A stretch of DNA of 32,000 nucleotides. Origin: Alkanindiges illinoisensis DSM 15370 (GTDB lineage: Bacteria; Pseudomonadota; Gammaproteobacteria; Pseudomonadales; Moraxellaceae). How positions within the stretch are numbered: position 1 is the first letter of the stretch; every line of letters begins with the position of its first letter. Shown here piece after piece: positions 29,224 to 32,000 of the stretch. The translations under genes were made by a program, and so were the position numbers. Location of the stretch: positions 90,001-122,000 of the forward strand of contig NZ_JHUX01000007.1 of assembly GCF_000619845.1 (NCBI RefSeq). The letters run 5' to 3'. The notes under the pieces were generated by a model. The model was not told the origin of the DNA and ran no database searches. It saw only the letters and a list, made by a program, of their open reading frames with translations.

Positions 29224-29964
29224 TTAGAAGCGGTAGGTTCCGCGGATACCTACAGTGTTGGTGTCATCACCAAAACCTAGCTCACCTTGGACGCTGGTTT
29301 GCTGGTTAATGAATTTACGCGCACGAACCGTAAATACATCGTAATCACCTGCACCTAAGTCAGTGTTTTCATACTGACCACCAATGCTAAAGGTATTGTC
29401 GACAAAATAATCAGCAGCTACATTATAGCTGTCGTAATCACCAAATACGCCACCCGCTTCAAAATTCCAGTCATGCTGACCCACACGGGTTACATACTTG
29501 GCACGAATAGAAGGATCAGTGTTGCTGTCGTCATTATATTCAGTGCCTACCAGTCCCGCAGCAATCAGGAAGTTTGGTGCAGGGAAATAACCGATTTCAG
29601 CACCATACTGATTGGCATGGTCGTCATCAAATTCAACACGTGACAGGTTGCCAGACACGTAGAAGTCAGTGTTTGGTACGTAGTATTCACCTTTAATGCC
29701 ATATTGAGTAGTTTCGTCATCGGCATCATCAGTAGCAACATTGACACCAACATTACTGGCGCGGTTCATAAAAGCAGCTTCAGCCAATGGCGCATTGTTG
29801 TCGGTTACTGGATTGAAGTAGTAGGTTGCATCCAGGCCAAATGCATTCACACTGTCACTGTTATCATTATCAAAATAAGTGTAATCCGCACCTACTTCAG
29901 TTTGATAGGCATTTGCTGCAGACATAGTGGCCAATAGTGCAGCAGCCAGCGCTAATTTTTTCAT
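29224..29964 (-). CDS. Outer-membrane beta-barrel protein, Omp33-36-like putative porin
   Basis: Signal peptide MKKLALAAALLATMSAANA. AYQTEV...TYYF..V.DNNAPLAEAAFMNRASNV resembles the Acinetobacter Omp33-36 N-terminus (from memory). Alternating aromatic pattern with a terminal YRF. Confidence 0.65.
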   Translation of the reverse strand: MKKLALAAALLATMSAANAYQTEVGADYTYFDNDNSDSVNAFGLDATYYFNPVTDNNAPLAEAAFMNRASNVGVNVATDDADDETTQYGIKGEYYVPNTDFYVSGNLSRVEFDDDHANQYGAEIGYFPAPNFLIAAGLVGTEYNDDSNTDPSIRAKYVTRVGQHDWNFEAGGVFGDYDSYNVAADYFVDNTFSIGGQYENTDLGAGDYDVFTVRARKFINQQTSVQGELGFGDDTNTVGIRGTYRF

Positions 29965-30301
29965 GATATCTCTCCAAAAAGAATGAAATTATTTGTTACA
30001 CATTTGCCATCTTACAGCGCGTAAGAAATTAGTCAAACCTGAACCCGTTAACTGCAATTTAGCTACTTTTTATGAAGTATTTCAATGAATTAATATTTTA
30101 ATTTATAAAGTTATGCACTGATATGACACACATTTTGTAAATATTTTGGGTTTTTTGCCCTAACTTGTAACATTTATGCAACCATTTCTCGGGTTGTTTA
30201 CCAAGGCCATACTTAAAAATATGAATAACAACGCTGCACTTTGTAGCCAGTGTTAAAAAAAGAAATAGACGTTTAGATATTTTTGAAAAAGGGTATAGCT
30301 G

Positions 30302-30329
30302 TTGAGCAATGAGGTGGACGTGCTAAAAT
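30302..30329 (+). promoter_or_regulatory. Candidate sigma70 promoter for prfB (TTGAGC-N16-TAAAAT)
   Basis: Hexamers at 30302-30307 and 30324-30329, read from the sequence. Confidence 0.4.
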
Positions 30330-30362
30330 TCAGGTTCATTTATGACTGTTTTGAGATGTATT

Positions 30363-31458
30363 GTGGAAATTAATCCGTATCTGGTTCGGTTAAAGGACTT
30401 GCGTGAGCGTGGTCAAACGCTTAGGGGGTATCTTTGACTACGACTATAAAAAAGAGCGACTGGAAGAAGTATTACGCGAACTAGAAGACCCTGCCATCTG
30501 GAATGACCAGAGCCGTGCACAGGCAATGGCCAAGGAAAAGGGCGAGCTGGAAAATATTGTGGGTGTACTGGATGATTTAAGCCAGCAGCTGGAAGATGCA
30601 CAAGCCATGCTGGATCTGGCGGTGGAAGCAGATGAAGAAAGCCTGCTGGATGATGTGGATAGTGAGCTTAAAACCGCCGATGAAGCAGTGGGCAAGCTGG
30701 AATTTCGCCGCATGTTCAGTAACCAGATGGATCCCAATAACTGCTTTCTGGATATTCAGGCCGGTTCCGGGGGTACAGAAGCACAGGACTGGGCTTCCAT
30801 GTTACTGCGCATGTACCTGCGCTGGATTGAGCGTCATGGCTTTAAGGCTGAAGTCATGGAAGAATCTGATGGCGATGTAGCCGGGATTAAAAGTGCAACT
30901 ATCCGGGTGGAAGGCGAGTATGCCTTTGGCTGGCTTAGAACTGAAACCGGCGTGCATCGTCTGGTACGCAAGTCGCCATTTGATAGCGGTAACCGTCGTC
31001 ATACCTCGTTTTCAGCGGTATTTGTGTCGCCAGAAGTGGATGACAATATTGAAATTGATATCAATCCGGCCGATGTCCGCACTGATACTTACCGGGCTTC
31101 CGGTGCGGGTGGCCAGCACATTAATAAGACCGATTCGGCAGTGCGTTTGACGCACGTTCCCACAGGAACGGTGGTGGCCTGCCAGAATGAACGCAGCCAG
31201 CATGCCAACCGTGACCGTGCCTGGAAGCTGTTACGTGCCAAACTGTACGAGCTGGAAATCCAGAAGCGTAATGAAGCCCAACAGGCGCTAGAAGCCACCA
31301 AGTCGGATATTGGCTGGGGTAGCCAGATTCGTTCCTACGTACTGGATGATTCACGCGTGAAAGACTTGCGGACTGGCGTAGAAAATTCCAATACCGGTGC
31401 GGTACTGGATGGTGATCTGGATAAATTTATTGAAGCCAGTTTAAAAATGGGGCTTTGA
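30363..31458 (+). CDS. prfB: Peptide chain release factor 2, expressed via a programmed +1 frameshift at 30432-30437
   Basis: Frame 0 (GTG 30363; an in-frame ATG at 30342 is an alternative) encodes [24 protein letters not shown] and then TGA. The classic AGGGGG-TAT-CTT-TGA-C site is present. The +1 frame continues [12 protein letters not shown]... with the SPF and GGQ motifs. Confidence 0.95.
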
Positions 31459-31500
31459 TCCACAAATTCGGATAGAAAAATATTTGCAGGGAAAGGGCAA

Positions 31501-31530
31501 TATAACATTGCCCTTTTTTTTGATACATCT
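31501..31530 (+). terminator. Rho-independent terminator after prfB
   Basis: AAAGGGCAAT-ATAAC-ATTGCCCTTT followed by a T-run. Confidence 0.85.
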
Positions 31531-31684
31531 TATTTCAATTTTACGATATATATATCTAAAAAAAACGATACATATATCGAATATGTGCTATATATTAATC
31601 CTGCGCAGAAAAGCAGAATGAATTGGCTATAATAGTGCTGGCAAGACACAATACTTGCTAACGACATACGCTGAGGATAAGTGC

Positions 31685-31993
31685 ATGACCAGTCAGATTG
31701 ATAGCGAAGCGATTTTAAAGGCGCTGGCCAATCCGGTGCGTCGTGAAATATTGCAATGGCTGAAGCAGCCGGAACATTATTTTCCAACCCAGCATGTGTC
31801 TGCAAGCTATGGGGTATGTGCCGGACAGATTGATGCCAAGACAGGTTTGTCGCAATCAACGGTGTCAAATCATCTGGCTGTATTGCAAAAGTCAGGTTTG
31901 ATTTGTTGTCAGAAAGTCGGACAGTGGTCATTTTACCAGCGTAATGAAGCCGTCATTCAGCAATTTCTGCAATCTTTACAACGCGATTTGTAA
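31685..31993 (+). CDS. ArsR/SmtB-family winged-helix transcriptional regulator
   Basis: ILKALANPVRREILQWL and GLSQSTVSNHLAVLQKSGLI. The ATG at 31685 is preferred over the TTG at 31655. Confidence 0.85.
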   Translation: MTSQIDSEAILKALANPVRREILQWLKQPEHYFPTQHVSASYGVCAGQIDAKTGLSQSTVSNHLAVLQKSGLICCQKVGQWSFYQRNEAVIQQFLQSLQRDL

Positions 31994-32000
31994 GACCTGA

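Noticed and set aside
30021-30035. CTTAC-AGCGC-GTAAG palindrome considered as a second GacA box
   Set aside because: The half-sites are in the opposite arrangement and spacing to TGTAAG-N6-CTTACA, and no GGA-rich RNA or terminator follows.
31530-31931. 133-aa minus-strand ORF overlapping the ArsR gene
   Set aside because: The plus-strand ArsR reading frame has a clear HTH signature. The minus ORF runs through the AT-rich promoter region and has no support.

Overview
The window looks like a chromosomal segment from a Moraxellaceae (Acinetobacter-like) gammaproteobacterium. This is inferred from protein motifs and gene order, for example the MurG N-terminus, the murG-murC-ddl-ftsQ-ftsA-ftsZ-lpxC block and an Omp33-36-like porin. 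About 85% of it is core housekeeping sequence at roughly 50% G+C: yffB-like, xthA, pyrE, gshB, a PhyH-like dioxygenase, the distal dcw cluster plus lpxC, a DUF721/DciA-like gene divergent from an M23 peptidase, aceE-aceF, guaB, glmM, pdxH, recJ, a porin, prfB (with its programmed +1 frameshift) and an ArsR-family regulator. I found no tRNA, rRNA, CRISPR array, IS element or integrase. I see no complete, clearly novel multi-gene system. Four things stand out. (1) An unannotated Csr/Rsm-type GGA-rich sRNA lies on the minus strand at about 3145-3305, with a GacA/UvrY-box palindrome upstream. The ORF track shows only a spurious plus-strand ORF there. (2) An unusual zinc-ribbon / DUF2628 / type IV pilin-like fusion gene (1375-2286) ends at an in-frame TAA. 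That stop is followed in frame by the conserved pilin C-terminal disulfide loop and a double stop. (3) A very AT-rich, apparently foreign block covers nt 1 to about 1250. It holds a gene truncated by the window edge and decayed coding fragments. (4) A small accessory islet (vapBC plus AT-rich membrane ORFs) sits between pyrE and gshB. Function calls rest on motif recognition by eye and synteny; no searches were run.
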